64,000 bases of DNA, taken from contig MU061560.1 of assembly GCA_013265495.1 (NCBI GenBank), positions 496,001 through 560,000 on the forward strand, read 5' to 3'. Source of the DNA: Vicugna vicugna (taxonomy: Eukaryota). Positions 39,965-54,369 of this stretch are shown piece after piece; position 1 is the stretch's first letter; each line of letters begins with the position of its first letter. A program made the position numbers and the translations under genes. The notes under the pieces are model-generated. The model made no database searches. It saw only the letters and a program-made list of their open reading frames with translations, and was not told where the DNA came from.

Positions 39965-40190
39965 ACACGCTTAGACTCTAATTCAGTGGCTTTCTAACTG
40001 TGCGGACTTGGGCAGGTTCTCAGGCCTCTTTGAGTCTTGGAACTTTGTTTTGTTTGTATGTGCGCTGCAGTTGAATAGGAGTCATACTGGCTCTATTTTA
40101 TAGAGTTGTTGTAAGGACCAGCCTGTGTGGAATACTTACAGCAGCCTGGCACACAGCGAGCGATGAGTGAGTACGTGTTAGCTGTTCTTA
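39965..40190 (+). mobile_element. MIR SINE remnant
   Basis: tgtgcggacttgggcaggttctcaggcctctttgagtct...gcctggcacacagcgagcg. Confidence 0.6.
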
Positions 40191-40745
40191 TTACGGAGAT
40201 ACTATTATCGTTGTGATTAACCTGAAGAAAGGCCCCATGAGTCTGCGATTTCCTCACTTCCACCACAAAGTCCCTGGTAACTGGTCACAAGCCTTTTATG
40301 TGAGGGATTAAACCACCTATCAGAAGTCTAGTTTCGCTTAGCTTTGTGTTGGCTTTGGCAAGTTCAGGGACCAAATATCAGAAGACCATCTGTGTAGAAG
40401 GAACATAACTTTTACTAATAACTGCTGGCGTCCCTTCAGATTTTGCAAAATATGACCAAGATACTCACAGTTGCCGTGTTCAGCTAAAGTATGATTTGCC
40501 ATCAGCAAAAGATTGTTTTCTATAAGCTTCCTATTCAAGATCCGGTAGGATGTGGAAGATCTCAGGGGTGACTTCATTGCACAGCAATGGGCAGTATGAC
40601 CTGCTGGTTAATGAATTCTCTGACTGATAAAAGACGTATTATTTTATCACGGCACAAATTCTGCTGGGTTGTTTTTTCCTTTAAAGATATTTGTAAGAAC
40701 TAGAATTAGGACAGACAAAAGAATATAGTGGGTTAACAAGATGTA

Positions 40746-40884
40746 GGGGGAGGGTATAGCTCAGTGGTAGAGTGCCTGCCTAGCATGCACAGGGTCCTGG
40801 GTTCAATCCCCAGTACCTCCATTTAAAAAAACAGGTAAACCTAATTACCTCCCACCACCAAAAAAAAAAAAAAAGAAAAAAACC
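40746..40884 (+). mobile_element. tRNA-derived SINE
   Basis: Boxes A and B, poly-A tail. TSD CAAGATGTA at 40737-40745 and 40885-40893. Confidence 0.92.
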
Positions 40885-40899
40885 CAAGATGTATATCAC

Positions 40900-41260
40900 C
40901 ACTTTTAGAATAAAATGAAGGACTTGAAAGGAGCAAACTGCTGATACTGATAACAACAAGGATGTATCTCAGATGCATTTTGATAATGAAACAAGCAAGA
41001 CTCAAAAGGCACATACTATGTGATTGCATTCACATGACATTCGGGAACAGGCCAGATCAGAGATTACTAGGAGCTGGTGGTGGGAGAGGAGTGGGCGTGG
41101 CTGCAAAGACATAAGAAAAGTTTCGATGAAATGTTGTGAGTCCTGATCGTGGTGGTGGTGACGTGATTATAAGCATTTGTCCAAACTCCTAGAAGTATTC
41201 ACCAGAAAGGTGAATTTTACTATTTGTAAGTTACGTCTCGATAAATCTGGCTTAAAAAAC
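40900..41260 (+). mobile_element. Old L1 3' end (L1MD/ME-like)
   Basis: gactcaaaaggcacatactatgtgattgcattcacatgacattc...gtgaattttactatttgtaagttacgtctcgataaa. Confidence 0.65.
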
Positions 41261-43721
41261 CAAAGCATGTGACTTGTAGTTAGTGCAGGTCGGTATTTCC
41301 TCTGAGCACGTGGAACAGCAGATCACTTTTTTTGAAATGTTGGCAGATTTCTTACGTATCTACTTATACTTTATTATAGCTTTGAAAGTCACATTTTTAG
41401 ATTTTAAGTACTTCTCCATAAATAGTAATTGTCTAAAAATTACTTGAAAGTTTCTCAATTTCATGGAATATACTGCATATGTTTCTTAGTATTTAAGTTT
41501 CCTATTTAGTCAGGATGCTACAGATAATACCGATATTATTTAACCTCACTTAAACTATAAGGAAGTTTATTGGCTTTATCTCTGTACTTATGAGATGGCT
41601 GCTCATAGCATTCAAACCTGCATGGACCCTAATTAAATGGAATCACAAAGAGATCACTTTTTCCATAGTTCTTCCTTAAGAGTAGGAGGCCTCCTTTTCC
41701 AGAGCTGCCAGTGCGTGCTCCTTCAGCTCTCATTTCTCATGGGCTCCCGAACCAACTGCTGTGTGCTCTTAATTGTTACACTATTCAGGACCCCCCTTTT
41801 GACCTATGGATAAGGTCAGTTTTTGCAAAGGAGAGGCTACATAGTAGGGTAGACATGCTAACCAAGTCTGAGTACCATTGAGAGATGGGAGTAAATGATG
41901 CCAGGCAGGCAAGCACCAATACGAGTACTTTAAGTTTAATAAGTTAAACCAAAACCTTGACTAATTGTGGAATTTGATTACTACATAGTTCTTATTTCAC
42001 TATTTCTGAGCCCACAAATTATTTAAACAGGGTTATGTTACTTTACCTAAACACTTCTCACATAAATACCTCATTTCAGTGATACTGTAAGAAGCCACAT
42101 GGTGCCTTTCCACATTAGAACAGACATTGCATATTAAGTATAAAGTAGTGGTCATACGTATTTTACACAAGGAGGCATTTATACAGCTTAATAGCATTGT
42201 ATACCTAGTTTAACATGTTGCATTTACAGAAATTAAACATTGACAAGGAATGGAAATTTAGCAGGCCATCAAAAGGAAAGTAAGTCTTACAGAGAGGTAC
42301 CAGCAAGAGCATGTGCCTGGCAGAGAGAAAAGAAAGAAGGAAGGACTGGGGATGGTCAGGGATATGTTTAGATAAAGGTAGGTACCCAGTGTGTTTTAAG
42401 GGAAGGGTTCATGTAAAGATGCAGTGAGACATTCGAGGAAATACATAGAGATGAGGTTTGAACAACCCTGAATGGTATACAGTGTCTGGATTTCATCTTG
42501 TCAGTGCGAGGAGGACTATTGAAGACCTTTTTTTTTTCCTGTGGGAACTAGGATGAGCTGGGCAGAGCAGAGTTTTAGAAAGATTCCCCATATAGTGGTA
42601 TTCAAGGTAAGTTAGAGCCAAAAAATAATGGAATCAAATTATTGGGCAGCTGTTGATTGACCTGGGCTTGAGATAAGGTGTGAGCAAGACAGGGTAGTGA
42701 TGATGAGAACTTGAAGGAAGGATGCTGAAGATGTCATGTCACGAGCAGGAGTGGGTGGCTGACTGGATTTTGTGGTAGGGAACTAAGCTAAAGTAATTCA
42801 AGTCAGCTAACTGGAGAGGGATGGAACGAACCATTGCCAGGATGGTAAGGTTCGGGGGTGGTGGTAAGGCAGAGATTTTACAGAAAAGATGAATTTAATC
42901 TTAGGTTGACAGCATATCAAAGTGATAATAAACGCCCAGCAATAGTGAAGCATGTGAGACTACTGCTCGGTTAGTCCGTCAGCGATATTTTATTGAGAGC
43001 CAATGTTTTATTGGAGCACCGTGGTAGACACAAGAGATCCAGCCGTTGACAAGGAGAAAATGTTCCTAGCCTTGTGGCACTAACAAGGTTATACAATTAC
43101 ATTTAAGGGTTAAGTATATATAAACTGAGGAAATAACAAAGTGTGGATTTAATTTAAAATAATATGAGTAGAGGGAGGTGGGTGAGGGCATAGATGATAA
43201 CAAGGTTAACAATGAGTTGTTACATGTCGTCGATGGACACGTAGGGGTTCGTTTGACTACTTTCTCTACTTTTATATATGATTGAAATCTTTCATGATAA
43301 AAATTTTTTTAAGGCAGAAAGTTCTGGGCATAGAGCTAATAATTAAATAAGATCTTTGACAGAGTGATGGAATCATGTCTAAAGAGTAGCCTGAGAGAGG
43401 TAAAGGAAAAATGTGGAAAGTATTAGTATCTGGAAGTAAAAAAAAGTACAAAATGTTTCAAGGAAGGTGGATGATAGTGTTAATTGCTGCAGAGATCAAA
43501 GATGTTACAACCTGAAAGAGTTGTTGCAGGTTGAATTTGGCCGATCGCTCATTTGTAATTTTGTTCTTTTCCAGTTGAGTGTTCCTTGATGACTAAAAGG
43601 AACTGGGTACCTCAGAAGCTTAAGGAAACTGTTTTGATGAAACCATTTGATAAGGCTTATTACTTGAGAAATGCTGTCCAAGCTTTATTTCCTAATATGT
43701 AAATACCTGTTCTGTTTTTAG

Positions 43722-43811
43722 GAGACTGATGAGCAAAAACTTCACAAAATAGCCAATGAACTTTTGCTTACAGAAAGAGCTTACGTCAGCCGCCTTGACC
43801 TCTTAGATCAG
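43722..43811 (+). CDS. FGD4: FGD4 exon (90 nt), start of DH (RhoGEF) domain
   Basis: ttttAG|GAG ... CAG|GTAATA. Reads [30 protein letters not shown], containing the DH CR1 motif ELLxTExxYV. Confidence 0.97.
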
Positions 43812-45790
43812 GTAATATTTTCCCATTCAAAATTGTTTTATTTCTTGGCATTATGCATCATTTTAATTTAGAATGTTTTAGTAACTTACAAAAATAACCT
43901 GGCCACTTTTGGCCAGTAAAGCTGCTCCCCCAAGGTAATCTCTGACATTTTCAGCTCCGTCAGTGAATTCATTAGGTACAAAGGTTCATTAGGTATTGAA
44001 GGTTTATAATTCAGAAAGACCAGACTGAAGGCCTCTCTGTATGAGTCACAAAATGCCTTTATCTGTGTCTTTCAACCCTGAACACTAAGTAGTCTGTTTC
44101 TTGAACACTTACTGTGATCCTGAGGGCTGTGTTACTATCATGATCTAAATGGGACGTTGGTGATTCTGATGCCGACATGAATGCATCACTGATTCTTGTC
44201 TCGCTTGCTGCTCAGCCCTTGTGAGTGTTCTGAATTGCTGCAGTCATAGGGCCAGAAGGGATTTTGAGAGTTCACTTTGTTCAGCCTTGTCTGAAACGTT
44301 AGATCCAGTGCCTGGTGTAAATATTTGTCGAATCTGTGAATCTGCTTTATCACACTTTGTACTTTCATCAAGGTGGAGCCCTGACACCATCTCAAATATA
44401 CATTTGCGAAGAAGGTTTTAAAATGCATCGTTAACTGTTGAACGTGTTTCAACACGTTCTGTTTCAGTGAGTAGAAGACAATCTATAAATCTAACACAGA
44501 CTCCTCTTACTAAAAGAGAAAGTTGCCATGTTCGGGGGTTAGTTGTCATAAAACTCGTCCCACTGTTGCAATCAGAAAACTGGAACTTCATGAGGGCAGG
44601 CCATCCTGGGCGTGCCTCCCTGTCATCAGTTCCTGGAACAAACTTACATCCCTGTTAGGTGAGCCTTACGGGGCCGGATCAAGGCTTGTGTTTCCCTGAG
44701 ATAATGAGTTCTTGACTCAGATACTCACTTTCCAAAGAATTTCACCCTGAACCCATCAATTTATGTTGCTCCGTGCCTTGGAAACCATTTCTCTTCTCAT
44801 GATTACACAGCTGAAACTTCTAGGCATTCCTGTGGTGGAGATAACATTTTCTCCTCTTACCAACTGCATTTTTTTTTTTTAAAGCCATATCATCTTGTCA
44901 GTTACTGCTGCTGCTGTTTTAGAATTCAGAGCCTGAATTAGTAAACTATCCTATTGGAGTCTCTAAGGATGTAATTTTTTATTCTTTTTGCCTCCCAAGA
45001 AGATGCAGGGGAGGTGAATTCAGAAAATAAACAACCATCTGGACTTTGTGAAAAACAGACCTCCTTCTGCTTACATTGAACAGAATAGCAGTGAAGGGGT
45101 GATGGCCGCCCTACTGGAGTGCAGCTAAGACAGCAAAAAAAAAAAAAAGACACCTGTGATGTACAAGATGTTTTTATTCTCATGTCTGTGTTTTAAGTTA
45201 GCATGCATTATTATTTACCAAAAAGCAAGAAAACATCTGAGAACTGAAATCTTCTGTTGTTCATACATTGACCAGATAGTTCTTAAGCACCTTTTCTGCT
45301 GTGAAAACTAATCACAAGGTTCTTCCTCCCCAAGGAGGGTTTAATAGGGAAAATGAGGCTTCTGCCAACAAATTACAGTAAAAGGCGACATGTAACAGCA
45401 ATGCCATAGAAGTCATTCAGAATCTAAAGAGGACAGAAAAGCATCACAGTTGTTGTTGTGTGTGTGTGTGTATGTGTATAGTTTTCCACATCTCTTAACT
45501 CAGTCTATGGACAGGAAGGGTAAATCCTGTTACCCTCAGTTGGAAACCCTCTGGAACAGGAAAGGTTAACATTCCGCAGACAGAGGCATTGCTTACGCTA
45601 AGAGTCCAAGTGCCCCAATTCTAATTCCTTGTTCTTCCCAATCAAAGCATATATATACTCATTCCTCCACTTCAAAAGTGATTTCTTGAAGAATGAGCTT
45701 TTCAATTTACTCAACATAGAGCTGCTAAGAACCCACAGCGTGCCTGGCACAGTGCTAGATGGTTACCCCATAAATTTGAAGTAATGTTAG

Positions 45791-45955
<165 letters not shown>

Positions 45956-46351
45956 TAAGAGGAGTCAGAGCAAACGATGCGCCTAAGGCAGCCCTACTAG
46001 ACTGCCTGTTACTCACACGAGATTCTGTGTTAGTGATGCTACCAGAGCTAAAAACAAACAGTTGTGCAAAATGCTTATATTCAAACCACTGATAGAAGTT
46101 GTAGTACATTTCATCTTTGCTTTCCAAACTATCTTTTGATTAGACAAGATGTCAGGGATAATCTGGGGCTTCGAGAATTCCGTAGCATCAATTTTTCTTT
46201 ACTGTGTCATTTCTAAACTCCCTTGTAGAAAGTGCTTTTTCATTCTCTACCAATCTTATGAGCAAATTAGATTTGATGAAGCGTAGGGTATATATAGAAA
46301 GTGTACTTCGTTGGGAGTCCTGTTAATTCACTCATTCTGTAAGAAATCTGA

Positions 46352-46561
<210 letters not shown>

Positions 46562-46898
46562 TAAATTACTTTTTCTGTACAAATCATAAGGTTTTCTAGA
46601 TCTAAAATTTTTAGATTAAGAGATCTGAGACACCTAGCCAAATTCCATTCTGCTCTGAATTATGCATAAATCATGTCTGCAAAGTTAAAATATTTATTGA
46701 ACGCATGCCATATACTGCACAGTAAATTCTCCGTTCAAAGGAGGCCAGGACAGTCTGGCTTTCTCAGGACCCACATAAATTTACAAAGTGAGTTCCCATT
46801 CAACTGTGGGCCTCTCTTGCTTGCTTTCAGAGCCTGAGATGTTGGAATGAATATGAGGAGTGAATGCTGTAAATCCTAACATTTTGGAAACGTAATTA

Positions 46899-47128
46899 CA
46901 GTTGGCCCTTGAACAACATGGGGGTTAGAGGCACTGACACCCCCCCACACACACACACATTTGGAAATCCCAGTATAGTTTTACAGTCAGCCCTCCATAT
47001 CCATGGTTTTGCATCCGTGAATTTAACCAACTGGGGACGATGTACTGTAGTATATATTTTATTTAAAAAAAAATCTGTGTATAAATGATCCTGCACAGTT
47101 CAATCATGTGTTGTTCAAGGGTCAACTA
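46899..47128. mobile_element. Tigger-family MITE (Tigger2/MER8-like)
   Basis: TIRs CAGTTGGCCCTTGAACAACA and TGTTGTTCAAGGGTCAACTA (18/20 match), flanked by TA on both sides. Confidence 0.88.
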
Positions 47129-47430
47129 TATTTGTTTTATTTTATTTCATTTGAGGGGGGAGCATGTTGGTCACTTTATATGTGTCCTGATTATTTTTAA
47201 TTTCATCAGGCCTGGATGAAACACTTTAATAATATCATAGTAATTTCTATTTGATTCTCTAGTAAAATTGTTATGAACCTATTCTTTGCTAAGTTTAAAT
47301 ATTGGAAAGAGATTGTTTAGATTACATAAGATTATTTGGGTGAGGATTCTGTTGCTCCTTGACTGGTTTTTTTGTATTACACAAATTTTGTTATTGACCA
47401 TTTTAATTTCTCTAATTTTAAAACTATTTT

Positions 47431-47620
47431 GGGGGGAAGGGAGGATATAGCTCAGTGGTAGAGCGCATGCTTAGCATTTACGAGGTCCTGGGTTCAATCC
47501 CCAGTACCTCCATTAAATAAATCAATAAAACATAATTATCCCCTCTCCCCCCTCCATCCCCCCAAAAAAACAAACAAAAAAAAGTAAAATAAAAATAAAA
47601 CAGTTAGACAAAATAAATTT
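47431..47620 (+). mobile_element. tRNA-derived SINE
   Basis: gaggatatagctcagtggtagagcgcatgcttagc...gggttcaatccccagtacctcc, long A-rich tail, degenerate TSD aaaa(g)ctatttt. Confidence 0.92.
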
Positions 47621-47639
47621 TAAAAAGCTATTTTTTGAG

Positions 47640-49380
47640 TCATGTTCCTATTGATTTCTTGAGGGATTGTGATATGCATCTTAATTTATCACAGTCTGCT
47701 TTAGATTAATACTAGCCTTAATTCTGATCAAATGCAGACATTTTGCTCCATTAGACCTGTTGCTTCCTTCATGCTCCAGTCCATTAATACCAGGTGTTAC
47801 CTTTATATGTGTTTTAAACCCATTAATACAGCGATGTGATCGTTGTCCTGTACAATTTCTTTTAAAGAAGTTAAGGGAGGGTGTTAAAAATGTGTCTACA
47901 AGTGCATTTACTAACCCATGTATGTACCTCTTCTGGAGTAAATTGCTTTCAGCATGAAAGTGATGTGTTTCTTGTGAGTCAGGTTGGGTAGGTATGGATT
48001 TTCTTGGCCTCTGTTTATCTGGCAGGATCTTTATTTTTTCTTCACTGTTGAATGATAGTGTTGCTAGATACAGAATTCTTGGCTAATCGTTCTTTTTCTT
48101 TCAGCTGTTTTACTGCTTTCTGTCCTCCATTGAGTCAGATGAGAAGTTAGCCAGGAGTTGCATTGATAGTCCCCTGTATGTAATGAATCTTCTCTTGCTG
48201 CTTTCAAAGTTTTGTCTTTTTTTTGGCTTTCAACAGTTTGGTTGAGCTTCTTGGATGTTTAGGATTTTTTGTTTGTTTTTGTCCTTAATCAGTTTAGAAA
48301 TTTTTCAATTGTTGTTTCTTTAAAATATCTGTTTCCTCCTTAGAAATTGCTATCTTTATATACTTTGTTATACTTTTCATATTCTTCAAATATGATTATC
48401 TTTATTTCTTTGAGCATATTTATATTAGCTGTATTTAAGTCTTTGCTACATCCAAACATAGGTTAACACATTGCTGTTTATTTGAATGTCTCATTTCTTT
48501 GCTGAGTATTGTACATTTTAGATAACCTGTTGTAACAACTCTGGATTCGGATTTTCCCCACTGAGAGTAGCTATGATTACTTTTGTTTGTTTATTAACTT
48601 GCTTAGATTAAATCTGTGAACTCTCTCCTCTGATGTGCAGCCACTTATGTCTCTACTCAGTTTTTTGTTGAATATTCTTTTTATATGTGATCCTGGCCCC
48701 TATATCTGAGTAGGTTGAAGATCAAACAGTAACTGAACAGAGGTGCTTGACCACCTAGACTCTGTAAGTGTTTCTCCTCTGCTGGTGGCTCTGTCAGTGG
48801 AGGGGAGCATGTTTATTTAAAGATCAGGCTATTTTCAAGTCCACGGGGCCCGTTTATATCTCCTGCCTTCATCTCCATAACCTTGCTGTGGTCAGAGACT
48901 GTGCTCGCTTGGGTTCTCTTCTGTCTCTGCTGATTATTCACACGGCCTCGGCCAAGAAGATCAGTGTCCGACCGCGACCACAGCTTCAAGCTGTTAATAA
49001 AGTCATCGGTCCTCCGCCCGCTCATCTCAGAGATCATCACTCCCACGTCCAGGGCTGCTGGGCACGTGAGCTGTTCAGCTCTCCAAGTCAGATGAGCCGT
49101 TTTCAGCTTCAGCAGAGACGCTCCGGTCCTCACAGCCTGTCCCACCTGGCACAGCCTTCACGGTGACTGGGCTGGGGGAGCAGCAGGTGCAGCTCCGGGC
49201 CAGAATGCCACAGAGGCTCACTGTTCTCACCCAAAGTTCAGCAGTTTCTAAAACATAAAGACTCTCAGGTTGTTATGTGCCTTTGGTCAATTTCTGCAGT
49301 GCTGAAATGGTTGTTGTTGGTTTTTTTTTTTTAATCAGTTGTATCCAGCTTTATAGTTGCTTTTTATAAGACAGATTTTG
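47640..49380 (-). mobile_element. Ancient L1M 5'/ORF1 region, heavily decayed
   Basis: T-rich, with tgaatgatagtgttgctagatacagaattcttggct and gatgagaagttagcc, typical of antisense L1M ORF1. No intact ORF. Confidence 0.6.
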
Positions 49381-50833
49381 CCAGTGTCCCCACTCAGCCA
49401 CAGCCGAAAGTCCTGCCTCTTCCCCTTCATTCCTTTTTTTCTTCCGAAACATCTCTTTTCTCCCATAATTAAGTGCACAGCTACCTTTCTGAACCCTGGC
49501 TCCTGCTTTGATTGGTTCACTAGCCCCTTTTGCTAATACTGGATTGTGGGCAGAATACAAGGTTTGTCCTTCACCGAATTCTTTCTCTTCAAACCCTTAA
49601 TGATGTCATAGTTCCCCAAGCCTTTAACCATCCATGTCAGACGGGTGCTTATAGGGTCATTACATCTAGTCTCTTTCTCTACCCCTGAACTCCGGTTACA
49701 AACTGCTGAGTGCTGTCTGCACAATTCTGTGTGAACATTTGTTGTCAATACAAAGTCAACGTGTTGCATACCTATCTTTAGCTCCCAAACATTTTTTTCC
49801 ACCTGACCTTTCACACTTTGCAGAGACTAGCTTGTGGTTCTGTGACTGAATTTATTACACAACACCAATATTCTCTTATTCATCAGAGTTTGATAACTTG
49901 GCTTTATTTTCAGTTTGTCACTTTTCCTCATTCGCTGTATGTGCTCATTTGACTGTTAGATAGTATGTTAAAGGAGCTTAGCATGGAGCTCATTGCATGG
50001 TAAGTGCTCCCTACGTGGTGGTGGTGGTGGGCATTACTGTTGTTTTATCCAATATTAAAGTTCTATCTCTGCCACGTCTTCTCCACATTACAAGACAATG
50101 GTGGGATTGTGAAAGGAGTGGCAAGCTGAGACGTAACTAGCCTAGTTTAGGCTGCTGGTCTGCCACTTACAGTCATTTGACCTTAGAGAACTCTCCTAGC
50201 TTTCTCAGCTGGTTTCTTCATGTAAAAATTTTGGAATCAGCAATATTTTCCTGAAAAAAAAACCATATATATATATATATATAGGAGAAAATCAAATGAG
50301 ATAACTAAACTATAATATTAATATCTTGTCCTTTATTAAGAAAAGCTGTCAGCCCTCAGCTTCATGCTAATTTCAGGCTCTTTTTACTCTTCTTCGGATC
50401 TACAATAATAAGCCCCGAACTGGTTTCCCCACATCTTCCCAAAGCCACACTGCAGTAGGTGAACCTTAGTGGATCTCACACCTACTGCTGCCACTCCCCT
50501 GCATGAGATGGAGTACATCTAAGCCAAGCTTGACGTTGCTGCCCGTGGTACCTCTTCTTCCTCACCCCTGCTTCCCTGCAAGTGTATCATTTCCCAGCAG
50601 GACTCAGTTGCTCCCTTTTACTGAACATCTTTCATCTAAACGCTTTTTAAAGAGCTTAAGGGTTTCCATAAGCTGCCTTGGAGCTGCTCTCTGAGGTCCC
50701 TCTTCCTGCGCTTGCCCTTGGTCTTCCTCATTTCCCTTCCCACCAAGGCCTGCCCTCATTTTAGTTCATGTTAAGTATTCCATTCTCTATGAGGCCTTTC
50801 ATTTCTTGTTTGCTTTGAATGCAAAATCATGTC

Positions 50834-50988
50834 ATTTTAAAAAATTATTACTTCTTTTAAAAAATTTGTTTAATGTATTACGTATTTTTTTATTTATTGG
50901 GAGGGTAGTTAGGCTTATTTGTTTATTTTAATGGGGTACTGGGGAGTGAACCCAGGATCTCCTGCATGCTAAGCGCACACTCTACCAC
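50834..50988 (-). mobile_element. 5'-truncated tRNA-derived SINE
   Basis: Begins at gtggtagag on the minus strand (box A cut). 12-bp TSD CAAAATCATGTC at 50822-50833 and 50989-51000. Confidence 0.88.
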
Positions 50989-51559
50989 CAAAATCATGTC
51001 TTAGTCTTAATATAACTTTTTTATTACCTTGCAATGCACTGATCATAGTCATCAATAAATGATTTAAGAAAGTTCTTGCTTTGTTTAATATGAACAAGAA
51101 CACAGCGTATTTTTCAAGTAATCTTTTCCCCTTCTTCCCATGTTAACAGCTTATTGAGAGCAGAGACTCCAGTTTCACCCTAAGAAAAGGAGATCTGTTT
51201 GCAGAGTTTGGTTTCTAATGGGAAAGAATGCTGTGAACTAATGAAAAATTAAACATTTTTGACAGATAATAAGATGCTCAGATCTTACCATTCTTGTACA
51301 TGGAGTCTTTTTTTAAGTTCACAGGAAATGACATTTCTGGTAGCCTTATTATGAAATAGTTCCTGCTGAGTCCAAAGTCATTTAATACAGTAGCACTTAG
51401 GGAACCTCATTAAATAGATACTTCTTTTGAAAATCTCTGGAGTACGATTTAATAATGTGACCTCTCAAGCCCTGGGAGTGAATCATTGAGGTGGTTGCCA
51501 TTGATTCGGAATTTTCTTGCTTAAAATTTTGCTTGATTTTCCTTTCTGTTCTTACACTA

Positions 51560-51730
51560 GTTTGTGGTCTTCAAACTTTAAAGGAAGAATCGGGGGTGTT
51601 TTAAAATGCATGTGCCTCCGAGATTATGGTCTCATAGGTTGGAAAGGGGTTCAGAATTTCCATTTTTGATAGCACCCTAGGTGTATCTGATGCAGCTGAT
51701 GCACAGACCGCACTTTGTAGGGAAATGCTG
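51560..51730. mobile_element. hAT-Charlie remnant (MER5-like)
   Basis: cagaatttccatttttgatagcaccctaggtgtatctgatgcagctgatgcacagaccgcactttg. Confidence 0.55.
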
Positions 51731-51788
51731 TCCTTAATTGAAGTTCTGTGTTACACTGAGTTTTTAAACTGGCTAACCTAATTTTTAA

Positions 51789-52001
<213 letters not shown>

Positions 52002-53679
52002 TAGTGGCCAGGCAGCCTTGTGGTTCCAACATGAGGCAGGTCTCATCGCCACGTTAGTAAAATATTGATGCCAGAAAGTAACCTCACTGGAAATCGTTAT
52101 CAGCACCTCAATTAGGCAGGCACTTCTGAGCCCAAATCACAGGCTTAGAGCAATGCAAATTGTATTTCTCATGCTGGCTTCACATTAATCATTAACTCTG
52201 AAATATAAAACTCTAGTCTCAGAGACATCTGAAATAGCAATACACAGTACCTTCTCATGGGAAGAATACAACCATTCAGAACTGCTCGTGCTGCAGGTTA
52301 ATTAGGTGGGCTGATAGGTACCAAGACAACTGAGGTGACGTTTACTATATAAAAAAAAATAAGCAAAGTGATCTCTGTCTACTCTAAGACAGAAGAGAAA
52401 ATGGTGCTATTTAGTGTCAGCTAACATTTTCCCTGAGAAAATTTTATTCCTGTTTCACTCGTTTCCTTTTCTTTTTTCATTAGATCATAATGAAAGGCTT
52501 TTTAAAGAGCTTAAGGGTTTCCATAAGAATTTTGTTTTCTTGTGAACTTTTTAAAAATCAATTAGCTGTGAAAGGAAGAATGAAAATTTAACTTCAGTTA
52601 GTACTCAACAAGTCCTAACAATTCTGGTATTCAGGCTTAAATTAAAGCATTGCTACTTTCCCTAATAATTTCTTGTCTTCCATTGTAAGTGAACCTTGAT
52701 GAGAGACGAGGAACACAAAACAAAATCTCTGGTCTTGGAGGCTGGGTCTTTTTCTGAGCACAGGCTGTCTCTGATGTTTCTGCCACCATCCAAGGGAGCT
52801 GGTGACCTCAGGAACCTCTCATCTCCCCTTCCTTCCTCTACGCTTTAGAAGTATCCTCACTTAACCTTCTTCCACTTTCCACTTCATGCCCACTTTCCAC
52901 TCACCTGGTCCGAGTGCTTGGTTTTAGTAGCAGAGCTAGTGGTAAGGTTGGAGGATGGATTGCCATGGCGATTCCTCCAGTTGGTGTCTTGGGCAGTGGC
53001 ACCAGGCATCTTAATTTGTCTCCCTCTACCTTGATCCTACATGGAATGCACAGAATTGCCTAAATTGGGGCAATTCTCTAAAATATGAATAAAAATTCAG
53101 TTTTGTCTGCACTCAAAAACTTTGACTTATGCTAAGGTTACCTATGTCAGAAAACGATAGAGTTGGCAACATGATAGGATATTTTATTACTTTTTTTGGT
53201 TAGCTGCTTACATTAAAATTATAAGGAAATCGCAGAAGTACTTCTAGAGACCTAGTAAGTAGATGGAAAGCAACAGAAGTACATTTTGTTCAGCAGTGGA
53301 ACACAGACAGAAAAGTTGGTTCAGAATGATGAGGTTATTGTGGTAACAGAATTAACCCAACCAGTATTCACAAGACAGGAAAGACAGGAACACGATACAA
53401 ACTTGAGAACGTTCCCTGGGGATGACCTAGCAGGAAGCCTCGGCTTCCACGGCCCTTCAACAGCAGTCCCGAAGCTCCTGCGTCACCCACATCAGGGTCC
53501 CCGTCCCCACCTCTTGCTCCCACCTGCCCTAGCGACAGAACCCTCCATCAGCACTGGCATCAGAAGGTTCCCTTTCACTTGAGCAAGGCTAGAACTGTGC
53601 GGGCTTTTCCAGAAAAGCTGAGTGTGCTTGGTGGTTAATTTGCTTGTAAAACTAGTGAAATACTTAATGTACCGCTGAA

Positions 53680-53885
53680 ATGTGGTGGAACTTGGAGCCA
53701 AAAGACATAGGTTCAAATGTAGCCCTTCAGGATCACAGGTGTGTGACCTCAGCCAAGTCCCATCACTCTACTGCTTTCGTCTGCCAAATGGAGCTAAGAT
53801 AATTTTCGCTAAAAATTGCGTAAGAATTAACAGACATAACATACATGAAAGTCCCTGCCAGAGAGCCTTTGAGCAAGCCTCGCGT
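53680..53885 (+). mobile_element. MIR SINE remnant
   Basis: ggagccaaaagacataggttcaaat...tgtgtgacctcagccaagtc. Confidence 0.6.
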
Positions 53886-54027
53886 ACACAGTCGTCGTTC
53901 GGCTTGAAGGTCCTTTATGAAGTAAACATATCTCTGAGCCTAATCGCTGTATATGACTTTATTTGAGGAAATACTCTCCAAGTTCCAAATAATCTGCTTA
54001 TTAAAAGAATTTTTGAAAGTAAGTGGA

Positions 54028-54167
54028 GGGGGAGGGTATAGCTCAAAGTGCTAGAGCACATGCTTTGCATGTAGGAGGTCCTGGGTTCAATCCCTGGTAC
54101 CTCCTCAAATAAATAAACAAACAAACAAACAAACCCAGTTACCTCCCTCCCCCCCATCAAAAAAAAA
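54028..54167 (+). mobile_element. tRNA-derived SINE
   Basis: Perfect 13-bp TSD GAAAGTAAGTGGA at 54015-54027 and 54168-54180. Confidence 0.93.
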
Positions 54168-54310
54168 GAAAGTAAGTGGAAATTGTCCCTGCTTTTATTG
54201 TGTATCTTTGGTTTCAAATTTCTTCTTACTGTTTTGTATGTTATTCAGCTGTCTAGTAGCATAGTAAGGATGAAATAGATTTACTTTTCTTTTTTTTTTT
54301 TCCCATTTAG

Positions 54311-54369
54311 AATCACTTGAAATTATATCTACAGCAGCAAGCCATTCTAATAGTGCAATAAGAAAAATG
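54311..54369 (+). CDS. FGD4: FGD4 exon (59 nt), end of DH domain
   Basis: Long poly-T tract, tttAG|AA ... ATG|GTAAGT. Reads (K)SLEIISTAASHSNSAIRKM. Confidence 0.96.

Noticed and set aside
43719..43724. NAGNAG acceptors TAGGAG here and at 54687-54692
   Set aside because: A distal GAG is rarely used as an acceptor; no evidence of alternative use.
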